A stretch of 63,994 bases of DNA, counting the filler, from Basidiobolus ranarum (taxonomy: Eukaryota): NCBI GenBank assembly GCA_040143965.1. It is 4 parts of 4 records of this genome, joined end to end, with 100 filler letters (N's around TTAATTAATTAA, not from the genome) between each part and the next. Parts side by side here need not be neighbours in the genome. Positions count along the whole stretch, not along the records: positions 49,891 to 63,994 come from JASJQH010000442.1; 3 more parts are not named here. One strand, written 5' to 3'. Numbering within the stretch: the first letter of the stretch is position 1; every line of letters begins with the position of its first letter. The notes below the pieces were generated by a model. It had not been told where the DNA came from, made no database searches, and saw nothing but the letters and a program-made list of their open reading frames with translations. This document shows positions 53,441 through 63,994 of the stretch, piece by piece. Both the position numbers and the translations under genes were made by a program.

Positions 53441-55474
53441 CCTGTTTTGGTGTGCTTCTTAAATACTTGATACAAGATATTGTTCAGTTCAGCTTTCTAC
53501 ACGCTATATCGTTTGAATAGCAACCAAGTTGTCGAGGGTGTAGAAGTTACTTAGTTGTACAGATTATTAAAGGAAAGATATGGTAAAATTTTGTTAAGCC
53601 TTGGAGTGGATGCAGGTAAACAAAGTAGTATTGGTCATTCGAAGTGTAAAGAGGTAAGAAACGGAACCTTTTAAAAGATAATGTGATTATGGGCTTGAAT
53701 TGAGTGAGTATGAAAAGGCCCGCAAACTTAGTGAATGATTATTAACGTAAGACCAGATAAGGAGAATCTGGACACGTTTATACAAGTGGGAGAAATAGAC
53801 GATAAGGGGCGAAAGGAGAATAAGGGAATTCGCTTCTGAAAGATCAATAGTTTGATTTCCTCACCAGTTCCTTTATTAGATTCACAATGAGATATTATAT
53901 ATCTAAAATTATGACCATGGTAGCGAATCATTGTAATAGCAAGTTGAGATCAATAGTGTCTCAAGAGCACCATATGGTGATCCAATTAGCAGCCACTTTC
54001 GCAGGGGGTATTCCCCAGATTCTCTAGGAGCGTACATAAGTTCAACTATATGGCAGGTATAACATGGCCTATAAGCAAAGTTAATACGATCTTGGTTATG
54101 TAGTATATACATATAGAGGAGATTGGTCTAAACGAGTTTTATACATCTTGAGTCCAACATCGACAGTATTATCGATAATGCACGAGCTATTTGATGAGCA
54201 TTCTCTGATTTGCATAGGATTCGTCCCAGTAGTTTTTTTCGTCGATTCTCAAGAGCAACGAGACTTTACAGATGTCTAGCAGTAAAACTACAAAATTAGA
54301 GCCTAAAGACATATCAGTAGATTCCCACGCCGCTGCTATACTCAGACCTTATGCCAAACATTTAATATTTGGTCTTAATAATTAATTATTCATTCAGCAT
54401 TCACATGTTTCTTACCAGAGTTGCACTATTTAACTGGTAAATCGTTGATGTCATGTTGAAATTGATTCTTCAAAATGAAAGCTTCATTCTATCTGTTAAT
54501 TGATGAAGGGGTTGTAATTTACTGCCGATGTAGATCCTGTTTCTTGAGGAAACAGCAGGGCGTTTCCTTGAGATTTTTCTGGAAGCACAAGTCTCCCTGC
54601 GGACATAAAATCACTCTAAAGATTCATATACGCTATTAATGCAGTCTGAAACTATGTTTCCAAAGAGGCTGGTCAAATTGTGTTATGATGGCGTATATCA
54701 CTGGCTGCAGAGGTTGCTCTCTCGATAAGTGAAGATTTGAATTTGTTGAAAATATACAGTTTCATCATCATTGTCTTTACATGCTCTACAGCGCTACTAG
54801 CTGGTGTTCTCTCGGTTTGACGGAGCCATTTTACTTCAACCTGCTCAACTGGTAAGTAGTTACCTCGCATCTCATGTGACATGAATTGCAACGATGCAGT
54901 CAACTTCTACTTTCAGAAATATCGCATAAATTTGGCCTATTGTAAATTGACAAGTTGTGCGTTACATTCGATGCTTCCAAAGAAAAGCCAGTTGTGTAGT
55001 AGATGAAAACTGATGGTTGACTTTTGGGTCTGTGTTCGTATTCGAGGTGGTTATATTTAACCAGACTCAAAATTGATTAAACAGCATTGAACAAATGAAC
55101 TTCTTTATATAGATCGTTAATTAACCCATATCCTACTTTCACGCAGTATTAACCAATGAATTTGAATCGAATTACGCCGATTTAATACTTCAAAATAACT
55201 GAAATCGAATGGTGCATCTTCAAAGGGATCTCGTAGGCTAAAGGGTCAAAATGATGCAAAAGAAACCTGATAACAAAGAGAAACTGGCTTTCGTGAGGTA
55301 CTAATTACAATTTATCTATGATTGTTATTAGTTGAAGATTTAATAATACTGTAAATTGGATACACACTTCGTTATGAAATAATAAACCACGTTATTTCAA
55401 GTGAGTAAATGGTTTAGAATCAGGCTATTTCTCACAAACACAAGTCACTTGGTACATATAATGGATACCAAATA

Positions 55475-56701
55475 TTATGAGATGGCAAGAAGAACAATAA
55501 CAACACCAATGACGGCAAAAATCACTAACAACCAACACATCTTGTTACGCGCTTTCTTTTGGTAAGTAGCTGCAGAGCCAAGCTCTTCGGCAGCATTACG
55601 AACATTCACAGCCATACTTGTCACGTTGCTTTCAATGTTGTCTATATAATTGTGGAGTTTGTAAGATGATCAAGCCCTATAATGCCACTAGATACATACC
55701 TAAAAGGGACTGTTGCTCATTAACAATAGTGCCCAAATCTCGGAATATCTCATTTAGTTCGGTTATGCCTTGCTCAATCTCTCGGATTTCAGTTTCGCGC
55801 TCGGCAATTAAATTTTCGTTAAATTCGATTTCATTATCTAGGCTCTCTAGTTGAAGTCTAAAATGTTTAGCATATCTTGTTAGTCTGCTGGAACTACTTG
55901 GAAAAGTGAATATATATATATATATATATACGACCTCTGTTGCGAGTTATTGATAAGTGGTTGCTCTTCTGGTGCACCATCTACGTCGTCATCTTCGCTG
56001 AAAGAAATATTAGTTATATAGAACCCTTCGAATTGCTTGATTATTACTTACTAAACATCGTTACGAACAGAGAGTTTCTTAGCACGATCTACATATTCGC
56101 GAGATTTCTCCGCTGACAGCCGTTGTGCTGCTTGGAATTGCTCCAAAACCTTTTGGAAATCCTTTGATAATTTTTGTTGTTCGAGTTTACGTTGTCGCTA
56201 CAGAAAAACGTCGATAAGCATATCAATTTGTTGGCAACAGACTTTTCTAAATTTATCTGCTTACGGCTTCACGAGGTGAACTTGACTCGTATGTTCCTAG
56301 GTGTTTGATGTCATTTCCGACATCTTTAACCAAATCCCGGGTGGTTTCGGTAAGATGATGTCTAAAGAGATTGAATTAACCTGTGAAATTGAAGTAATAT
56401 TTAAGAAGGTAGTAGAACAATTACAATTCATCCCGAGATGTAGGTGTATCTCTAACGGTTCCCATGTAGCTTACTAATCTCTGAATGGAAGTTACGCTAC
56501 TTGTAATTTTGTATGTTTTCTGGGCCACTTTCTGTGCCAATTGCTTGTAGCCAATCTGTGTATTTTCTGTAAGGGATTTCGAAGAATATTTTGGTTACTA
56601 CGATTCTTAAACACTAATCCAGGAGAAACAAAGGTACCATCGCCCGCAGACAAGCTGGGGTTCACTGGGCTAAGCCCTCTTTCCAAGTCATTGAAAGACA
56701 T
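55475..56701 (-). CDS. Qa-SNARE syntaxin (Pep12/Vam3/syntaxin-7 type), multi-exon
   Basis: MSFNDLERG, MGTVRDTP, LEQQKLSKDF, IAERETEIREIEQGITELNEIFRDLGTIV, DNIESNV, C-terminal TM. Confidence 0.93.
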
Positions 56702-58927
56702 TCGAAGTTATTATTTGGTAAAGAAACGGATTAAAGATGGATGGTCTAAGAAAGCTAGTCAAGGAGAATTAACGTGCTGAATAAGTCTTACTTTACAAAT
56801 AAATATGGAATCACATGATCCACTGATTGAAGTCTCCTAGAGCATTAAAAATCGTCACTTCTCTTATTATCAAACCATCTGTCCCGAGATATAACTACGG
56901 TGGACTAATATATTCTAATTGATTGATTTATTAAGCTACAACGGATGTAATTAACCATTTACTCCATTCATCAGTCTGGCAGATATAGTATATTCGAATC
57001 CAAAGTTCTAGCGATTGACCGTACGAGCCAAGACTTTTATTGACTAATTTAGATATGGAAAATTAGATAATATGTTATGATTTGCCGTAAATTGGCTCAC
57101 TCGCTTTCTAGCATATCGATAACAACCAATCACTAACTGTTTGCTCAGTTTGATAGTCTCAAAAGTATATATGTCATGGGGATTTTAATCATGTCCTAAA
57201 CAGTTGTTCAATTCAAAACCAAGTAACTGTTTGTGTTGGATAATTCGAAGATGCATAAATTCATACTCAGAAAGATTACCTACATTAGGCCCTAATACAA
57301 ACAAAGTAGCTCTTTAAGTTTTGACAGTCATCATACTCAAAGAACATAGCTATGCAAAACTTCTATTCCGAGTAAAGAAAAAATATATTAGCAGAATATC
57401 ACGCATACTGAAGTGAATATAACCTTTTCAGTTTATTTCATGCTTGTGTTTTATATTTAGGATAGTCGCAGTCCACCTGATAAGAAGTTTGTCTTCAGAT
57501 CTTGGACACATTCTACACAATCCAGAGCTCAGCTTGGTGGTGTGCCATATTCGTGCTTAATGTCTTGTTGCAGTTCACTATAGAGATAAGAGAATGGTGT
57601 ATATTTGCAGGGAGCCCATTAGCACTGCCTTGTACTGAAATGTAGTTTGAAGATGCACAAACCGTAGGTATGAATTCTGAAACGGGCTTCACGAACGCAT
57701 TGTTGGTGATATCTTGCAACACCTCTGAAGTCAAAGTCTTTGTTACTATTGGATATAGCTTACTAATCTATCTCAAAACCAAACTCAGATATGGTATAGT
57801 TGGATTTGACTATTACTTGTAGTCTTAGTAGGCTTGGACTAAATCTAAATTCCATTATGTTAAGTGAGCATACGTGACTTACGACAAGCTCCAGTGACCA
57901 ACAGTACTCCTAGTACGCTATTGGATGGGCCTAAATGGTATGTAGGATGGCATGTATTTTCATCACTGGGTAACCATATATTGGGCCACAAAGATCACAG
58001 ATGCGCATCCCTAATACGATCTCTCCCACATCTAACTATTCTTAAATTTCTACACAAAGTTTGAAAGTCAGATGAGGTTGATTCCTATCTGTTGTTTGAT
58101 TCACAATACGGCTCGTTAGTTTGTACAACAACGCACTTCATTATACCGAAATGGTAGCTTGTATTGAACATCGTTGACTGCTATTGTGATGAAACAGATA
58201 TTGTGTTGATGGCATGTTAAATTGCATAACTCCATGTAGATGGCAATGACAATGGGGTAGAGTTGGTCGTTCATCCAACCCAGGGCTTAGTATAATGATG
58301 GGCTAAGCTGCTATCCAGTTTTTGTGCAGCAAGTGGTAGACGCTTGAAATGCCATCCCATTTGACAAGAAAGCACGTAGAGAAATGATTAGCTGATGGCA
58401 CTCCGCATGTAGCCACTACCTGGTCAATCCGAATTGGGATTCTCTTCACGTTCCCATTCATTGCTTTTGATGCGATAATTCTTCCTTACATTAATGGGGT
58501 GCATTTCTTCACAATTATTGCTTTGATTTAGATTCGTTAATTTCTCTACACCATTGACAAACTGGATTTCGTTTATAACTTGAATCCCTGCACTAAACTC
58601 ATCTTCAGTGACTTAATTAATTATCTGAACCAGCCACCGCAGCATTTTCAGGTTTTTGGACTTGATTTTACCTTTAGTTCTGACTACATAATTTCGACCT
58701 TTCACCCTTTGCCCTCCATTCTGGATTTTGGACATTTATTTGATTATTAAAATAGTAGTCAACATACCCTTTGTCACTTTGTTTCTACTTCTGAGGTCTC
58801 AATTTCATGTACTGATTTTCTGCTCAGTATATATCCCATATCTGCTTTTCTTTAGAGTATTTCAACTTTCGCAATAGGCGTGTTCGTTATCTAGGTACTT
58901 ATTTCGTACTATCTGTACGTTATTCAT

Positions 58928-60089
58928 ATGACTATAGATAACGCAAACACAGTATTCAGCATATCTGACGCTACTACGCTCGCCTTCAACACTGGTATGC
59001 TCACGGCCACTCTTACTACAGTTTCTAAGGAGAATCCAGACAGCTCCCTTACCACCACTGATTTGGCTAAGCAGTCAGCGGTCAACAATCTCTACACCGT
59101 TTTCTACGCTTTTATTTACGATTTATATTCCAAATTCTCTATCGTACTTAAAGTCTATCGCCACTTACAGGAAGTAATTAGGCCGACTGGAAAAGTCCTA
59201 GCTCCTCAACTTGATTCTAAACGCTCAGATACCTCGAATAAGATTACTCGTAAAAAATCTTCCAAACAACCCAGTCTAGTCGCTCCTCCACTCAGTTTGA
59301 AATCTCGTCGTCCTATACTCTGCTTAGAGCCCAAGATTTTGGTTCTGGATCTAGATGAAACGTTGATACACTCTACTTCTCGAGGTACAAGTCACGAAGC
59401 TGATTACATGATAGAAATTCGTATAGACAATCACGCTTGTCTTTATTATGTTTTCAAGAGACCTCATGTTGATTACTTCCTTAGTAAAGTACGTAAGAAG
59501 AGGTTGGAAATATCAGTAAATTGGTTACTAAACAACTTTATTAAGGTTTGTGAATGGTACAAAGTTGTTGTTTTTACAGCTTCTGTAGCTGAATATGCAG
59601 ACCCTGTCATTGATTGGCTAGAGGCTACTGTTATGGCTCGTTATAATCTCAAAAAGAAGATATTTGCTGGAAGATACTTTCGTGAAGTATGCGCGTCAAA
59701 CTAGCGTTTCCACCATTTCCATTATTATAGGCTAACGTAGTTCAACCAGTCGTGTATATACAGAAATGGTGCTTTCATAAAGGATCTTACTAAGATTGAG
59801 GCTGACCTGAGTAAAATCGCACTTGTCGACAACTCGCCCATAACGTATTCTTACAATCAAGGTAAATTCATCTAACGACATTATTTTGACAATATACATT
59901 AAACTATCTCATCCTACAGATAATGCGATTCCAATCCAAAGTTGGATGAATGACAATAGCAAGGACGAGGCGCTGTTAGAGTTGTTGCCATTTCTAGACG
60001 CGTTACGTTTTGTCCACAATCTTCGTAATGTTTTATCGTTGCGTATTGGAGGAAGTATGCGAAAGTCATCACCACCATCACCATCATAA
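58928..60089 (+). CDS. NEM1: NIF/FCP1-homology HAD phosphatase, Nem1/Dullard type; 4 exons
   Basis: [72 protein letters not shown]. Introns 59489-59545, 59687-59749, 59862-59919. Confidence 0.88.
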
Positions 60090-60289
60090 ACCTTACAAAC
60101 ACCTTGTTCGGATGTCTATTGTGTCTACTAAACTATTTCGAAATATCCTTGACTTTTAATTGTGCCATTTTCCAGAAAGGACTTTATTCAAGATTTAAAG
60201 AACTCACTCACTCTTTTTTGTCCTCGAAGTGAACCACCATTAACATAGTACTAACTGAGATTCGACCTAACTTGCTCAATATCCTATCA

Positions 60290-60950
60290 TTGCAATGATA
60301 TCACCCATACTGTCTTACATCGACATTTGACTGGGACGATGAAGGGATATCCCCCAATTGAAAGTGCCATTTGTAAAGCAACTTGATGAATCTGGCTCAT
60401 AACCAGATAAAATAGCATTGACAATTCGTTACCAGCTAATACTACGCCTCCTTTGGATTCTATGGGAATATGAAACAACGTGACGGAGGTCCAAGAGAAA
60501 CTGAAAATGATTCGAAAGTGAGATTTCATCAAATAGAAGCCAAAAGCCCTGGCCAATTGAAATGATCGAGTTTCTTACAGTGTTTGCAAGGTTTGTATGA
60601 TGATGTAGATCTGCATGTACAAACATTGTATGATTTTGTATCACTTACGTGATCGATATTGATATTGAACACTGATTGGTGAGAAAAGGTATGGAGATAT
60701 CACTAGTGACAAAGAGGTATTGGCCCCATCTTTAGACACATCAATTCAGTAACACAGTTATGCAGTGGATACGGAGTTATCCAGTTTTGACTGCCATGAG
60801 GGGCTTCTCACCCAGAAAGTTGATCGGATGATGAATGCACCGTATATGACTAACATCGCAGATAATTCTAAAAGAATTATTTCAATTGTTCAGGTGGAGA
60901 GTTCATTGCCATCAGCAAGTGGAGTTCCTAGAAACAAGATTTTCTGAATT
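60290..60950 (+). mobile_element. Possible very degenerate Gypsy RT relic
   Basis: Loose fragments (THTVLHRHLTG, FCITYV-IDI resembling YxDDI); many stops. Confidence 0.2.
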
Positions 60951-61774
60951 GGAAATCACGAACAGTTGCGTGCGTTTTTTTTTCCGGGTGGTTATCATTA
61001 CTGATAGGTTATTAGATTGTTTGCTGTACAGTGAATCATTATAGGTCACATTTCTCAGCCACTTTGAACTTTTTCTTCATTATTCGATGGTATCTAAAAC
61101 TACACCAACATATATGCTAATTTCCCATTTCTAATCATAAGCTACACATGCATCCACTGAGCACGTGGAAGGAAATTGAAACTGCTACAAATGAATTTCT
61201 ATTCTTATCCAAAAGTGAGTAGACACCTGTTATCACTAGAGGGGTGCTGAGTCTTGGAGGGTGTGCAGTAATTACGAGTTATCTAAAAGTATTGGCTAAA
61301 TAGAAGTATACGCACGTTAAAATTAGCAAGATGCAACTAATTCTAGGATGCATTAAGGTGTGAATTCCGAGGTTTCAGGCTATTAACCGTGACCAAAGTA
61401 AATTTAGTTATCAGATATGCATCCAATCTTGTGACGCTGAGATGATGATAGTTGTTCATGAATACCAAATATTAGTAAATACTAGTTGAATGGTTGAATT
61501 GTTACATCGAAATTGTTACATCGAAATTACTCTTCAAAATGATGGTAGTAGCAGTATCAGTTAGATCCAAGCTGCGAATGAGGCGAGTATGGAGTGATAA
61601 GAAAATCAGTGTAAATACACGGAGTTCCATACTCTGCCGACTAAAAATGCAGGTACAAACCATACGCCCCTAGAATGTATAGGCACATCACTTCGGGAAT
61701 TTGCATTGGGTGTGTGGGGTGGTAACCATAGGGTAGATATAGAGCGGCTCATCCCAGAAATGGGTTTGATTTTG

Positions 61775-62269
61775 ATGTTTAATTCAGCAACAACCTTTAT
61801 TATCTTATTTGCTCTATATATTTTGGGGGAGAGTGCACCAGCCCAAAATGTAGGCATGGCCTCTATTTTCGAGCGAAAAATTACCGCCAAGAGAGAGAAT
61901 ACAGGAACCTTTTTCACACCACAAAATGACGCTTGTTCAGATGATGGAGGCGACTCCCGGTCAACAGATCTAGTAGCTGCTTTGGTAATTTATTTCTTTG
62001 ATCATAGACTCTCTACACATATACTGATTTCCGGTTTAAAGAGTTGGCATGACATAGGCCAAGAAGAAAATGGACCAGCTGAGAGTGCAGAGATGTGTAA
62101 TCGCTGTGTGAAAGTGACTGGTCCTGAAGGAACTGTAGTCGTCAAAATTGTGGATCTTTGTGCCACATGTAGTCCTGGTGATGTTGATTTAACTGAAGCA
62201 GCTTTTGAGAAGATCGGTGAGCTGAGTAGTGGACGCGTAGAGATTACGTGGGCTCCTACTAAATGCTAG
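61775..62269 (+). CDS. Secreted RlpA-like double-psi beta-barrel (expansin-like/loosenin) protein; 2 exons
   Basis: Signal peptide MFNSATTFIILFALYIL (alternative ATG 61760); TGTFF, DAC, DLVAAL, CNRCVKVTGPEGTVVVKIVDLCATCSPGDVDLTEAAFEKIG, GRVEITW; intron 61985-62041. Confidence 0.9.
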   Translation: MFNSATTFIILFALYILGESAPAQNVGMASIFERKITAKRENTGTFFTPQNDACSDDGGDSRSTDLVAALVIYFFDHRLSTHILISGLKSWHDIGQEENGPAESAEMCNRCVKVTGPEGTVVVKIVDLCATCSPGDVDLTEAAFEKIGELSSGRVEITWAPTKC

Positions 62270-63235
62270 ATGATGTAGGATGAAATATATTGACCGATAT
62301 TTCAAAGAGTTATACCCAATAAACTTCAAGAATTTGAATTAACATACAGTGATTTCATCTAGCGACGGTGAAATATTGGCAATGAAGCTATTTATATATT
62401 TGCTAGCTTCACATAGTTTACCCCATACTCCAGGAAGAAATCACTCACTTTCCAAAGACAAGTCTGAAATCTATTGTGGCGGTGAAACCATATGATCTCG
62501 AACCCCTAATAATCGGCCTTTGAAATTGTAGAGAGAGGGTTTCAGCATGTTACACCATTTATTTTGAGATCCTAGCTAAGGCCAAATTTTCAGAGTCAAC
62601 CTTTGGGACATACGGCGTGGTAACTTGTGTCTTGTAATTATTATTTTGCGCCATTTCGATGGAACATTCACACCAATTGATATCATTAATGGTACTGCCA
62701 ATATGAGTACATATTCGATGCAGCTTTCATGATTCCATTTTGTTAGTGAATTTTCTATATATCCATGCCGTTTAAAAAGATTAACATGTACTTTGGCATG
62801 TTTGTATTGGCAGGTTCCTGATCTAGCTATCTAGGTAGTAACTTTGCCAACTTAACTTACTCGACTTCGGGGTAAATGGTATCACATTAAGGGTTGTAGC
62901 TTCCGCCCGGCTATGACTCAAGAATCAAAAGCTCTTGCAACCGGATAAATGTGAACTATGGCAGTAGCGCCAACTGATTTAAAATCGCAATCTAAGTTAA
63001 TTATACTGCAATATTTATTGTTTATATCAAATATATGTTCCAATATTCATGCATTCAATTGTGTGAGATTTCTTTACTATATATGAACATACATATATGT
63101 TGGTTACAGACATGTACCTGATCCCTTGGAGCCCAATGCCATGCCATTTGGTAATGGGTAAATGACATTGACTGAGATCTTGGTGTAATGTAGTATAGAT
63201 TGGGACTGCCCTTGCAGAGTTCACTGCAAATATTT

Positions 63236-63767
63236 TGTTAGATAATTAATCTTCATTCAACATTATAGTTAACTTTAGTTATGATACATATATGCAAAAA
63301 TATTCAAAGTAAATTCTGATTGAAAATACTAGATAATATCTTAGTAAATTATGAGATTACCAAGTACTAAGCTATAGATGACTATATAGGTGTTTAGGCA
63401 ATGCTGATTTCAGCAAATATAAGCACAATGCTGAATATAAATTAAGGGAAGGAGCTGGATAATTAATCTATTCAACATTATAGTTAACAATAGTTATGAT
63501 AAATATAACAGAAACAGAAAGCAACGTATCTATAGCCCCTATATTTTAAATAGGAATATCTCTATATCTATATAACAAGTATGTCTTATTACTCCCACTT
63601 AGTTATTATATCTTATTACACAAACTCCTGAATATCTCACACAATTGATCTTCTTTTCTGCTATATAAGTCACCATATACTCTTGAGAATAAAGTAACTA
63701 AAACACACTATCATAAGTTGCTTCTAATACTCAAAATCTACCCCTATTATATAAAGATCTTCCAACA
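63236..63767 (+). repeat. 5' LTR of a Ty1/Copia element
   Basis: Begins TGTTAGA, ends TCCAACA (imperfect inverted termini); internal duplication TTCAACATTATAGTTAAC at about 63256 and 63471; TATA and AATAAA near 63662-63693; followed directly by a PBS. Confidence 0.65.
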
Positions 63768-63994
63768 TGGTAGCAGCAAGTGAATTATAGTGTTCTTCCC
63801 AAAAGGAGATTACTAATTTTCCAACATTCAATGGGGAAGATTTCCGTGAATGGAAATTCAAGATGCAACTTGTGCTTGAAGGGTAACATGTCTGGGAAGT
63901 TGTTCAACCAGATGAAGAAGAAGAAACTTCTGAAGAAGAATGTACAGATTCTGACACTGAAACAGAGAAGTCAACATGTAAAGAAGCTAGGGCA
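63768..63994 (+). mobile_element. Ty1/Copia primer-binding site and start of a defective gag
   Basis: TGGTAGCAG at 63768 (complementary to the 3' end of initiator tRNA-Met), then FPTFNGEDFREWKFKMQLVLEG*HVWEVV, the Copia gag N-terminal motif, with an in-frame stop. Confidence 0.8.

Noticed and set aside
57513-58430. Fragments resembling a retroelement protease (YISVQGSANGLPANI) and chromodomain (FLVKWDG)
   Set aside because: Too short and degenerate to define an element.

Overview
Eukaryotic, intron-rich genomic DNA, most consistent with an early-diverging fungus (Zoopagomycota/Mucoromycota-like; inferred from gene content and 50-120 nt introns). Three N-gaps each carry an artificial TTAATTAATTAA linker, so the window is four contigs whose adjacency is unproven. 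Recognisable genes: Nma111 protease, M28 aminopeptidase, Tsp2 tetraspanin, PL14 lyase (partial), synaptobrevin, SMPD4-like protein, a bacterial-type alpha2 glycyl-tRNA synthetase broken by a one-base frameshift, a CRAL-TRIO protein, a solute-binding-protein fragment, a CBM21 PP1-targeting subunit, an L-type lectin, SMC3, ATG17, RIC8, a bacterial-like SMI1/KNR4 protein, a Pep12/syntaxin-7-type SNARE, a Nem1-type phosphatase and an RlpA/expansin-like protein. There is also a decayed eukaryotic GlyRS pseudogene and several LTR-retrotransposon relics. The strongest signals are two introns with full U12 (minor spliceosome) signatures, in SMPD4 and SMC3, and an intronless bacterial-type GlyRS preceded by an out-of-frame peptide that resembles a mitochondrial presequence. 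All calls come from reading motifs by eye; no database search was run.
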